NCBI GenBank assembly: GCA_021158625.1
Contig: JAGGUG010000044.1
Span: 1-35,361 of the forward strand
Source of the DNA: Candidatus Omnitrophota bacterium
Lineage (GTDB): Bacteria; Omnitrophota; 4484-213
DNA length: 35,361 nucleotides
Direction: 5' to 3'
The position numbers and the translations under genes were made by a program. Numbering within the stretch: the first letter of the stretch is position 1; every line of letters starts with the position of its first letter. Positions 1 to 9,253 of the stretch are shown in pieces. Under the pieces are notes generated by a model. That model had not been told where the DNA came from and did no database searches. It saw only the letters and a program-made list of their open reading frames with translations.

Positions 1-14
1 AAGTAATCCCTCTT

Positions 15-1562
15 ATGTACTATCCCACTAAACAAGAATTTATAAAAAAAGCAGGTGAAGGCAATTTAATTCCGGTCTGGAAAGAGATTCTTGCTGATGT
101 TGAGACCCCTTTATCTCTGTTCAAGAGATTAGATAGAGGAGGATTTTCTTTTCTGTTAGAATCTGTAGAAAAAGGAGAAAGGTGGGGGCGTTATTCTTTT
201 TTAGGGACTAATCCCTCCTTAGTGTTTAAGAGCAAGGGTCGAGAGGCAGAGATAAGCAAGGATGGAAATCTTAGGAGATTTAAGACAGACCAGCCTTTAA
301 CAGAATTAAAAAAGCTCATCTCTCAATATAAACCAGTAGAGACACAAGACCTGCCCTATTTCTGGGGCGGATTGGTGGGTTATGTAAGTTATGACAGTGT
401 GCGCTTTTTTGAGCCAATTTTAGCCACCGGCGACAAGAATATTGACGATTTCAATCTCCCCGACATCTTTTTTATCCTTGCCGATGAGGTTCTCATCTTT
501 GACCACCTCGAGCAGAAGTTCAAGATTGTAGTTAATGCCGATATAGCAGAAGAGAAAAGAGAGGAGGTGCCAGAAGACAGATTAAGAAAAATATATGAGC
601 AGGCGACCAAAAGAATTGAACAGATTATTCAGGAAATAGGCAAACCTCTAAGAGAAAAACCGCTTCCACTTTCTCCTAATTTAAAAAGAGAGGATTGGAA
701 AAGCAATTTTTCTCAAGAAGGATTTAAAACGGCAGTCAGTAAAGCAAAGGAGCACATCCTCCAAGGGGATATAATTCAAGTTGTTCTTTCGCAGAGATGG
801 GAAAGAGAACTTGATTGTTCGCCTCTGAATATCTACCGCGCCCTGCGCTGCATCAATCCCTCGCCCTATATGTTTTACCTGAATTTTAAAGAGGTAAAGC
901 TAATCGGCTCTTCGCCGGAAATCCTGGTGCGTTCTCAGGGTGGGAAAGCAGAGCTGAGGCCAATCGCCGGCACCCGTCGGCGAGGCGAAGACCCGGCGGA
1001 AGACGCAGAGTTAATCAAGGAGTTATTAAATGACCCTAAAGAAAAGGCCGAGCACATTATGCTGGTGGATTTGGGCCGAAATGACCTTGGGCGGGTCTGC
1101 GAGTACAACAGTATTTCTATCCCGGAGTTAATGGTCATTGAAAAATATTCTCATGTGATGCACATTGTCTCTCAATGTGAAGGGAGATTAAGAAGGGATA
1201 AAGATGTCTTTGATTTGTTTAAAGCCTGTTTTCCGGCCGGCACTGTGAGTGGTGCTCCTAAGATAAGGGCGATGCAGATAATTGAGGAGCTGGAGAAAAA
1301 CAAGAGGGGACCTTATGCCGGGGCAGTAGGCTATTTTGGTTTTTCAGGGAATCTGGACTCCTGTATTGCCATCAGGACAATATTGGTAAAAGACAGCAAG
1401 GTTTATATCCAGGCCGGGGCAGGTATTGTCGCTGATTCTCAGCCGGAAAGGGAATATAAGGAGACGATAAATAAGGCCGAGGCGATGAAAGAGGCGGTAG
1501 AGATGGCGAGAGAATGGGAAGTTAAAATCACAAATTCCAAATCACAAACAAATTCCAATTGA
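15..1562 (+). CDS. trpE: Anthranilate synthase component I
   Basis: Motifs LLESVE..GRYSF, NPSPYM, SSPEILV, RPIAGTRRRG, EHIMLVDLGRND, FPAGTVSGAPKIRAM and QAGAGIVADS; next to a glutamine amidotransferase. The last ~12 aa (KITNSKSQTNSN) are encoded by repeat sequence. Confidence 0.95.
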   Translation: MYYPTKQEFIKKAGEGNLIPVWKEILADVETPLSLFKRLDRGGFSFLLESVEKGERWGRYSFLGTNPSLVFKSKGREAEISKDGNLRRFKTDQPLTELKKLISQYKPVETQDLPYFWGGLVGYVSYDSVRFFEPILATGDKNIDDFNLPDIFFILADEVLIFDHLEQKFKIVVNADIAEEKREEVPEDRLRKIYEQATKRIEQIIQEIGKPLREKPLPLSPNLKREDWKSNFSQEGFKTAVSKAKEHILQGDIIQVVLSQRWERELDCSPLNIYRALRCINPSPYMFYLNFKEVKLIGSSPEILVRSQGGKAELRPIAGTRRRGEDPAEDAELIKELLNDPKEKAEHIMLVDLGRNDLGRVCEYNSISIPELMVIEKYSHVMHIVSQCEGRLRRDKDVFDLFKACFPAGTVSGAPKIRAMQIIEELEKNKRGPYAGAVGYFGFSGNLDSCIAIRTILVKDSKVYIQAGAGIVADSQPEREYKETINKAEAMKEAVEMAREWEVKITNSKSQTNSN

Positions 1563-1708
1563 CCCTGTTAAATGCCGCTTCGTGGCAATTTCCCTCTGGC
1601 GGAATTATTTAACAGGGTGAACCCAAACAAAAAATAACAAAAAAATGCTTTTAAGTAGTTGTTTTTGGTCATTGGTTATTGTAATTTGGTGCTTGGTGCT
1701 TGGAATTT
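1525..1708. repeat. Two-armed short tandem repeat scar (AAATCAC/AAATTCC left arm, TTGGTGC/TTGG right arm) with a nested palindromic element
   Basis: aaatcacaaattccaaatcacaaacaaattccaat at 1525-1559 and ttggtcattggttattgtaatttggtgcttggtgcttggaattt ending at 1708. Confidence 0.8.
1563..1617. mobile_element. CCCTGTTAA...TTAACAGGG miniature inverted-repeat element (intergenic copy)
   Basis: Perfect 12-bp inverted repeat accctgttaaat / atttaacagggt; same termini as the four intragenic copies. Confidence 0.75.
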
Positions 1709-1741
1709 CTCAACTTTGACGAATGCCAAAGTTGAGTTAAG

Positions 1742-2329
1742 ATGATTTTAGTAATTGATAACTACGATTCCTTTGTTTATAACTTAGTGCAGTATTTAGG
1801 AGAGTTTGAGAAAGAAATTATTGTCCGGCGCAACGATAGGATTAGTCTCGGCGAGATTAGAAAGCTCAAGCCACAGAAGATTGTTCTCTCTCCGGGCCCG
1901 GGAAGACCCGAAGAGGCAGGGATTTGTAAAAGAGTAATAAAGACCTTTAGCAAGGAGATTCCTATTTTAGGGGTTTGCCTGGGCCATCAATGTATTGCCG
2001 AGGCATTTGGTGGGAGGGTAGTCTTGGCGGAAAAGGTAATGCACGGAAAGACCTCTCTGATTTATCATAATCAGAAAGGAATCTTCCGCAATATCCAGAA
2101 TCCCTTTGTTGCCACCCGCTATCACTCCTTGATTGTCCAAAAAGAATCTCTCCCCGATGTTTTAGAGATCATCGCCCAAACCGAGAAAGATGAGATTATG
2201 GGATTAAAACATAGAGACTATCTAACATGGGGTCTCCAGTTTCATCCCGAGTCCATATTGACAAAAGAAGGAAAGAGGATACTGAAGAACTTTCTTAATG
2301 TAAATGAAGCCCAAACTTATGGAGCTTAA
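1742..2329 (+). CDS. trpG: Anthranilate synthase component II / type I glutamine amidotransferase
   Basis: IDNYDSF, SPGPGRP, GVCLGHQ, MHGKTS, RYHSL and QFHPES motifs. Confidence 0.93.
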   Translation: MILVIDNYDSFVYNLVQYLGEFEKEIIVRRNDRISLGEIRKLKPQKIVLSPGPGRPEEAGICKRVIKTFSKEIPILGVCLGHQCIAEAFGGRVVLAEKVMHGKTSLIYHNQKGIFRNIQNPFVATRYHSLIVQKESLPDVLEIIAQTEKDEIMGLKHRDYLTWGLQFHPESILTKEGKRILKNFLNVNEAQTYGA

Positions 2330-2358
2330 GCGAACATAAGTTTGCTGGCTAAATTTAC

Positions 2359-2411
2359 CCAGCACTAATTTTTCAAAGATGTCTTTAACCAAAGCAGAAA
2401 ATTAGTGCTGG
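2359..2411. repeat. CCAGCACTAATTTT...AAAATTAGTGCTGG inverted-repeat element, copy 1
   Basis: Perfect 14-bp IR; the same termini recur at 10517-10616 with a different interior. Confidence 0.8.
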
Positions 2412-2483
2412 ATTCAATTCCACCATACAATTTAGTCTCCTTGCAGTCGCCTAAATTGTGGTGTCATTGAAGGAGGAAGTATT

Positions 2484-3719
2484 ATGCCCAAGATTTATCT
2501 TATTGATGTTACTAATCGTGATGGAGTGCAAACCTCTCGTTTAGGATTGGCAAAATTAGAAAAAACGATGTTGAATATCTTTCTTAACGAAATGGGGATT
2601 TACCAGAGCGAATTTGGCTTTCCAGTAACCAGACACGAAACCAATTACTTAAATGCCAATCTGGAATTGGCAAAGATGGGAGTGCTAAAGCCAATAATTT
2701 TAGAGGGATGGATAAGAGCGATAAGCGAGGATGTCCAGAAGGCAGTTACTTTAACCCGAGTAGAGCATCTCAATCTCTCTATCTCTACTTCTTCGCAAAT
2801 GATTAGGGGCAAGTTCCAGGGGAGAAAGACAAAGAAAGATATTATCCAGATGATGACTGAGGCGGTAGATTTAGCCCGAGAGAAGGGGATAAAGACCATT
2901 GGGGTAAACGCGGAAGACGCCTCGCGCACCCAAAAGGATTATTTAATAGAATTTGCCCTGGCCGCCAAAGAGCACGGAGCAGATAGGATTAGATATTGTG
3001 ATACACTGGGTTATGATAACCCTTTTACCATTTATGAAAGGGTTCGTTTACTGGCCGAGAAGGTTCAGATTCCTATTGAACTGCACTGTCATAATGACCT
3101 GGGAATGGCTGTTGCCTGTTCGGTTGCCGGGGCAAAAGCGGCTATTGATGCCGGCGTAGATGCCTATATAAATACTACCGTAAATGGAATAGGAGAAAGA
3201 GCCGGGAACGCCGATTTGGTTTCCGTGATACTGGCAATCAAATATTCCAGCGGCTTTAAGAATAAGTATATTCTGGATGAGAGGATTGACCTCTCTAGGG
3301 CATGGAAACTGGCTAAGTATGCTGCCTATGCCTTTGGTGTGCCCATACCTGTGAATCAGCCTGGTGTGGGCGCTAATGCCTTTGCTCACGAATCAGGGAT
3401 CCACGCTGATGGGGCACTAAAAGATAGGCGCAATTATGAACTCTATGATTTTGAAGAATTAGGGCGGGGAGAGCCGGAGATTGTAGAAACCGGCCGAAAG
3501 ATAACCGCCGGCGAATACAGTGGCATCAAGGGCTTCCGCAATGTCTATGAGCGACTGGAGATAAAGTTTAAGAACGACAAAGAGGCATCTGATATTTTGG
3601 AATTGGTGCGTTACGCCAATGTGCATACCCAGAAGCCCTTAACCGAAGATGAACTGAAGTTTATCGCCAGATACCCGGACATCGCCAAAAAGATATTTAC
3701 AATGAAACCACTGAATTAA
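2484..3719 (+). CDS. DRE-TIM metallolyase of the homocitrate synthase / Re-citrate synthase type
   Basis: DVTNRDGVQ, AEDASRT, CDTLG, HCHNDLGMA, NGIGERAGNA and FAHESGIHADG motifs; no LeuA regulatory domain; AGGAGG RBS. Confidence 0.85.
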   Translation: MPKIYLIDVTNRDGVQTSRLGLAKLEKTMLNIFLNEMGIYQSEFGFPVTRHETNYLNANLELAKMGVLKPIILEGWIRAISEDVQKAVTLTRVEHLNLSISTSSQMIRGKFQGRKTKKDIIQMMTEAVDLAREKGIKTIGVNAEDASRTQKDYLIEFALAAKEHGADRIRYCDTLGYDNPFTIYERVRLLAEKVQIPIELHCHNDLGMAVACSVAGAKAAIDAGVDAYINTTVNGIGERAGNADLVSVILAIKYSSGFKNKYILDERIDLSRAWKLAKYAAYAFGVPIPVNQPGVGANAFAHESGIHADGALKDRRNYELYDFEELGRGEPEIVETGRKITAGEYSGIKGFRNVYERLEIKFKNDKEASDILELVRYANVHTQKPLTEDELKFIARYPDIAKKIFTMKPLN

Positions 3720-5084
<1,365 letters not shown>

Positions 5085-5120
5085 TAAGAAGGAATTTTTG
5101 CATTCCTTGTAATTCTGTTT

Positions 5121-5792
5121 ATGTTCAAAATAGTTTTAGCCACTAAAAATCTGAATAAAAAAAGAGAAATAGAGGAGATAATTAGATTAAAAGATATTTA
5201 CCCTGTTAAGTCCCCGCCAAGGCGGGGAGCGGCAAAGCCGCTATTTAACGGGGTAAGGTTCTTATCTCTCGCTGATTATCCCTCTTTTCCTGAAATAGAA
5301 GAGGACGGGAAAGATTTTAGAGAGAATGCAATAAAGAAGGCTTTAGCCACGGCCAATTTTACTCAGGAACTTGCTTTGGCTGATGACTCCGGCTTAGAAG
5401 TAGAAGTATTAAAAGGGGAACCGGGAATCCATTCAGCCCGCTTCGCTGGTGAGAAAAAAGACGATAGAGCGAACATCAAAAAACTCTTGGAGCTATTAAA
5501 GGGCGTTCCTCAAGAAAAACGCCAGGCTAAGTTTAGATGCGTGATTGCTCTGGCTAAACCAGGAAGAGTGATTAAAGTAGCAGAAGGGGTTTGTAAAGGG
5601 TTTATTACCTTTGAACCGAAAGGGAATTTTGGCTTTGGGTATGACCCGGTTTTCTTCCTGCCTTCTTATAATAAGACATTTGCGGAGTTGGACCCGCAAA
5701 TAAAAAACCAAATCAGTCATCGAGCAAAGGCGATAGAGAAAATAAACCAATCATTGCAAAATATAAAATTAGCATTGCGAAATGCAAAATGA
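5121..5792 (+). CDS. rdgB: Non-canonical purine NTP pyrophosphatase (RdgB/HAM1) with an in-frame palindromic insert
   Basis: LATKN..K, ADDSGL, PGIHSARF, GFGYDPVF and KNQISHRAKA motifs. Confidence 0.95.
   Translation: MFKIVLATKNLNKKREIEEIIRLKDIYPVKSPPRRGAAKPLFNGVRFLSLADYPSFPEIEEDGKDFRENAIKKALATANFTQELALADDSGLEVEVLKGEPGIHSARFAGEKKDDRANIKKLLELLKGVPQEKRQAKFRCVIALAKPGRVIKVAEGVCKGFITFEPKGNFGFGYDPVFFLPSYNKTFAELDPQIKNQISHRAKAIEKINQSLQNIKLALRNAK
5201..5253. mobile_element. In-frame CCCTGTTAA...TTAACGGGG element in rdgB
   Basis: Encodes PVKSPPRRGAAKPLFNGV; the interior has hairpins ccccgcc-aa-ggcgggg and agcggc-aaa-gccgct. Confidence 0.8.
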
Positions 5793-5847
5793 AAAAACAA
5801 TTCTTAGGATTATTCATTTTAAAGTGCTAATTGATAATTTTGCATTG
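5752..5847. repeat. Two-armed repeat scar (TGCAAAAT ... ATTTTGCA) overlapping the 3' end of rdgB
   Basis: cattgcaaaatataaaattagcattgcgaaatgcaaaatga versus tcattttaaagtgctaattgataattttgcattg. Confidence 0.65.
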
Positions 5848-5851
5848 ATTC

Positions 5852-5929
5852 CGGGATGTAGCGCAGCTTGGTTAGCGCGCCTGGTTTGGGACCAGGAAGT
5901 CGCCAGTTCAAATCTGGCCATCCCGACCA
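5852..5929 (+). tRNA. tRNA-Pro (anticodon UGG)
   Basis: Acceptor CGGGATG/CATCCCG, D stem GCGC/GCGC, anticodon stem CCTGG/CCAGG with loop TTTGGGA, T arm GCCAG-TTCAAAT-CTGGC, discriminator A and encoded CCA. Confidence 0.97.
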
Positions 5930-5948
5930 ATTATTACAACAATATATA

Positions 5949-6599
5949 ATGAAAATAGTAGAAAGACAGAAAGCCATAGAATTAAGAGAGAAAGGTTTGA
6001 CTTATAGTGAGATTAGGCAGCGTTTAGATATCTCTAGGGGTTCCCTTAGTTTATGGTTACACGACATTCCTTTTGTTCTAAGTGAGAGGAGACGTAATAG
6101 ACGAAGACTAGCTAGTTTTCGCAATAGTCAAGTATTACATAAACGGAAAATCCAAAGAGTTTCTCAGATTATGAGAGCAGCAAAAGAAGAGATGCTAAAT
6201 ACAAAACTTGATGAATTAAAGTTGCTTGGAGCTATGGCATATTGGACTGAAGGCTCTAAGACAAGAGACAGCTTAGTAAAAATTACCAATTCTAATCCAG
6301 ACTTTATTAAATTTGTTCTCAAATGGCTGCGAGAAATTTGTGGTGTATCTGAAAAGAAATTACGAGTTCATCTGCGCATACATGGTGATTTAAACAAAAA
6401 AGAAGCAGAGCAATATTGGTCAAAAATAACCGGAATTCCTTTGAATAGATTCTATAAGACAACTTACAAAATAAGTGCTTCTAACGGTAAACGGTATAAT
6501 AAGCTTAAATATGGAATTGCTAGTATAATAGTATGTGACACAAATTTATTCTATAGAATTATGGGATGGATTGAGGGTATGGTCGAAAGGATAAAATAG
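5949..6599 (+). CDS. HTH plus LAGLIDADG-like domain protein (216 aa), tRNA-adjacent
   Basis: N-terminal HTH (KAIELREKGLTYSEIRQRLDISRGSLSLWL); LGAMAYWTEGSK helix followed by ITNSNPDFIKFVLKWL, resembling single LAGLIDADG domains; AT-rich. The start was moved to ATG 5949 because the ORF-track start lies inside the tRNA. Confidence 0.65.
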   Translation: MKIVERQKAIELREKGLTYSEIRQRLDISRGSLSLWLHDIPFVLSERRRNRRRLASFRNSQVLHKRKIQRVSQIMRAAKEEMLNTKLDELKLLGAMAYWTEGSKTRDSLVKITNSNPDFIKFVLKWLREICGVSEKKLRVHLRIHGDLNKKEAEQYWSKITGIPLNRFYKTTYKISASNGKRYNKLKYGIASIIVCDTNLFYRIMGWIEGMVERIK

Positions 6600-6631
6600 A
6601 CTATTCTACTCTTGGGTCTTAAGACAAATAT

Positions 6632-6669
6632 CAGAAAGGTCGGCGGTTCGAATCCGCCCGCCCCGACCA
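6632..6669 (+). pseudogene. Orphan 3' half of a second tRNA (Pro-like)
   Basis: AGGTC variable loop, T arm GGCGG-TTCGAAT-CCGCC, acceptor 3' strand CGCCCCG, A, CCA; no matching 5' half (CGGGGCG...) directly upstream. Confidence 0.8.
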
Positions 6670-6768
6670 TTCCTTGCAGATTTGCGCCGAAGGTGAGATT
6701 TGGTAGAGAATGGACAGGGTCTATTTCGCTTTGAGCAGTTTGCCCGAAGCAAATTGCGTCCTGAGTTT

Positions 6769-7713
6769 ATGCAAAATCTAATTGTTTCCTCTGCTCCCCA
6801 TATTCACTGTCGAGATTCCACAAGGAAGGTAATGTGGTCGGTAGTTGTTGCCTTAATCCCGGCCGGGATTGCCGCCGGCATTTTCTTTGGAATAAGAGCC
6901 TTAGAGATTATCTTTATCTCGGTGGTCTTTGCGGTAGTATTTGAGTTCTTGATCCAGAGACTCAGAAGACAGGAGATTACTGTTCTTGACGGGAGTGCTG
7001 TAATCACCGGGATTCTTTTGGCCTTTACTCTTCCTCCTACTGTTCCGCTCTGGCTGCCGATAGTGGGCGTATTTATCGCCATTGTTTTTGGAAAACAGAT
7101 CTTTGGCGGATTAGGAAATAATATCTTCAATCCAGCATTGGTTGGACGGGCTTTTCTGGTTGCTTCCTGGCCAAATCTGATGAGTAGGTGGGTAGCACCA
7201 TTTAGTTATCGTATGGATGCAGTTACCTCGGCTACGCCCTTAGCGTTAATTAAAGGAAACGAAACAATAAGCGGACATTTTTCTTATTGGAATCTTTTTA
7301 TGGGTAACTGTGCAGGGTGCCTGGGAGAAACCTCGGCTTTGGCTTTGCTATTAGGAGCGGGTTTTCTCTTTTATAAAAGGTATATCACCTGGCATATACC
7401 TCTTACTTATATTCTTAGTGTCGGGTTATTAACCTGGCTCTTGGGCAGAGAGGGTTTATTTAGTGGTGATTTTCTCTATAATATCCTTGCCGGTGGTTTA
7501 ATGTTAGGAGCGTTGTTTATGGCTACCGATATGACCACTACTCCCCTCGCTAATAAAGGAAAACTCATCTTTGGCCTGGGTTGCGGATGTATTACGGCTC
7601 TCATTCGGCTTAAGGGAGGCTATCCAGAGGGAGTTTGTTATTCTATTCTGCTTATGAATGCGTTTACGCCCTTGATTGATAAACTAACCACTAACCGAGC
7701 GCACACTTCATAG
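6769..7713 (+). CDS. rnfD: Rnf electron transport complex subunit D
   Basis: SSAPHIH, KQIFGGLGNNIFNPALVGRAF, DAVTSATPL (FMN site), GETSALALL and FMATD motifs. Confidence 0.95.
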   Translation: MQNLIVSSAPHIHCRDSTRKVMWSVVVALIPAGIAAGIFFGIRALEIIFISVVFAVVFEFLIQRLRRQEITVLDGSAVITGILLAFTLPPTVPLWLPIVGVFIAIVFGKQIFGGLGNNIFNPALVGRAFLVASWPNLMSRWVAPFSYRMDAVTSATPLALIKGNETISGHFSYWNLFMGNCAGCLGETSALALLLGAGFLFYKRYITWHIPLTYILSVGLLTWLLGREGLFSGDFLYNILAGGLMLGALFMATDMTTTPLANKGKLIFGLGCGCITALIRLKGGYPEGVCYSILLMNAFTPLIDKLTTNRAHTS

Positions 7714-7740
7714 CTGGGTTGGTGTAATTTCTGGTTTTAA

Positions 7741-7777
7741 AAGCTTGTAACCTGAAGCTTGTAGCTTGCAGCCTGTA
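7741..7777. repeat. Heptamer-type repeat (GCTTGTA/GCCTG family)
   Basis: aagcttgtaacctgaagcttgtagcttgcagcctgta; a reverse-complement-like copy sits inside argJ at 9962-9996. Confidence 0.6.
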
Positions 7778-7779
7778 AT

Positions 7780-8391
7780 ATGTTTAAAAAAGGACTAATT
7801 TTGGGAATAATTTCTTTTGTTGCCGCTGTTTTGCTTTCGTTTACCTATATCTTAACCAAGCCGATTATTGCCCAACAGAGCTTAAAGAGTGAAGAGGAGG
7901 CTATCTCTGCATTTTTGCCCAATGTAGATAGAATAGAAAAGATAGAAAAGGAAGGAAAGGTTTGCCCCGTTAGAAAAAACCATATTCGTAAAGGTGAGGA
8001 TGACAAAGGGGATTATAAAGAGAGAGAGGGGGAGGATGAGGGTCGTAAGTTTTCTAACGGGGTTTATTATAAATGCTATAGCCAGGGCAAATTAGTCGGT
8101 TATGCACTCATTGCCTCTGCTTCTGGTTACAGCAGTGAAATCAAAGTGATGATAGCCCTGGATAAAGATAAAGTAATAAAAGGAATTAAGATTTTGGAGG
8201 AGAAGGAAACACCGGGATTGGGGTCAAAGATTAGCGATGATTACTTTACAGGACAGTTTAAAGATAAGAAAGCCGGGGAACTAATATTAGGAGAAAGTAT
8301 TGAAGCAATTAGTGGAGCAACTATTTCTTCCAGAGCAGTGATAGAGGCGGTAAAGAAGGAAGTGGAGAGATTTCAAATCGTCAATCGTTGA
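7780..8391 (+). CDS. rnfG: Rnf complex subunit G with an in-frame palindromic insert
   Basis: N-terminal TM segment, GYSSEI, ETPGLG and AISGATISS (FMN-Thr) motifs. Confidence 0.92.
   Translation: MFKKGLILGIISFVAAVLLSFTYILTKPIIAQQSLKSEEEAISAFLPNVDRIEKIEKEGKVCPVRKNHIRKGEDDKGDYKEREGEDEGRKFSNGVYYKCYSQGKLVGYALIASASGYSSEIKVMIALDKDKVIKGIKILEEKETPGLGSKISDDYFTGQFKDKKAGELILGESIEAISGATISSRAVIEAVKKEVERFQIVNR
7965..8062. mobile_element. In-frame CCCCGTTAGAAAA...TTTTCTAACGGGG element in rnfG
   Basis: Perfect terminal IR; encodes PVRKNHIRKGEDDKGDYKEREGEDEGRKFSNGV. Confidence 0.85.
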
Positions 8392-8514
8392 AGGGTAGCG
8401 TAGCTGGAAACGGTAATCGGTTATCGTTGAACGTAAAAAAACGCAACCATCCGATGTCCAATGTTTCGAGTTACGCAACCGATAGACGTAAGACGAAATA
8501 TTAGATTTGGTTTT

Positions 8515-9135
8515 ATGAAAAGGTTCGCAAAAGGCATTTTTAAGGAAAATCCTATCTTTGTTCTGATGATTGGACTCTGCCCGGTGCTGGCAATAACTAC
8601 TTCTGTGGCTAACGGTTTGGGAATGGGATTACCGGTTACTTTTGTGCTTTTGGGTTCAAACACAATTGTTTCTTGTTTAAGAAAGTTTATTCCTTCTGAA
8701 ATAAGACTGCCTTGTTTTATTGTGATTATTGCCTCTTTTGTTACCATTGTTGAACTTTTGCTCAAGGCGTTTTTCCCTGCTCTCAATAGAAGTTTGGGAA
8801 TATTTGTTCCCCTGATTGCTGTGAACTGTATTATATTGGGAAGAGCAGAGGCGTTTGCCTTTAAGAATTCAGTTTTTCAATCTGTTATCGATGCTTTAAC
8901 AGTGGGGGTAGGATTTACTTTTGCTTTGTTGATAATCTCTTTAGTCAGGGAGATTTTGGGTAGCGGAGAGCTCTTTGGCTTTCGCATCCTCCATTTTCAG
9001 CCGGCTCTGTTCTTTGCCTTTCCGGCTGGAGCCTTCTTGATAATCGGAATGTTGATGGGGATACTGAACCTTGGCAAGAATTATACTCGCCCTGCGGGCA
9101 AGTCCCCTAAGCCAAGGTTCAGAAAATTCCAATGA
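8515..9135 (+). CDS. rnfE: Rnf complex subunit E
   Basis: ENPIFVLMIGLCPVLA, LGIFVPLIAVNCIILGRAE and REILGSG motifs; likely start at ATG 8515. Confidence 0.93.
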   Translation: MKRFAKGIFKENPIFVLMIGLCPVLAITTSVANGLGMGLPVTFVLLGSNTIVSCLRKFIPSEIRLPCFIVIIASFVTIVELLLKAFFPALNRSLGIFVPLIAVNCIILGRAEAFAFKNSVFQSVIDALTVGVGFTFALLIISLVREILGSGELFGFRILHFQPALFFAFPAGAFLIIGMLMGILNLGKNYTRPAGKSPKPRFRKFQ

Positions 9136-9243
9136 CCAATTTTCAGATCCCAATGAAATCCCGATTTTCTAAACCCAAAACAGAAGAAAAGATACTTGGG
9201 GTTTGGGATTTGGTTGGGCATTGGGGCTTGGGCATTGAGGTTT
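9123..9243. repeat. Two-armed repeat scar (CCAATGA/CCCAA ... TTGGG/CATTGG)
   Basis: aaattccaatgaccaat...cccaatgaaatccc...aaacccaaa followed by ttggggtttgggatttggttgggcattggggcttgggcattga; same family as 1525-1708. Confidence 0.8.
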
Positions 9244-9253
9244 TTTAAAAGCA

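Noticed and set aside
5868-5948. ORF-track start at 5868
   Set aside because: It overlaps the tRNA-Pro gene; ATG 5949 is the plausible start.
5930-6631. Group I intron or integrated prophage in tRNA-Pro
   Set aside because: The upstream tRNA is complete, the downstream half cannot pair with its acceptor stem, and no intron core, terminal G or integrase is recognisable.
6670-6768. Possible structured RNA or riboswitch before rnfD (and in 8430-8514)
   Set aside because: Only weak pairing is visible and no known family motif is recognisable; a covariance search would be needed.
7965-8062. GTTAGA...TCTAAC elements as integron attC sites
   Set aside because: The order is opposite to attC (RYYYAAC first, GTTRRRY last), there are no L boxes, the copies lie inside genes, and no intI is present.
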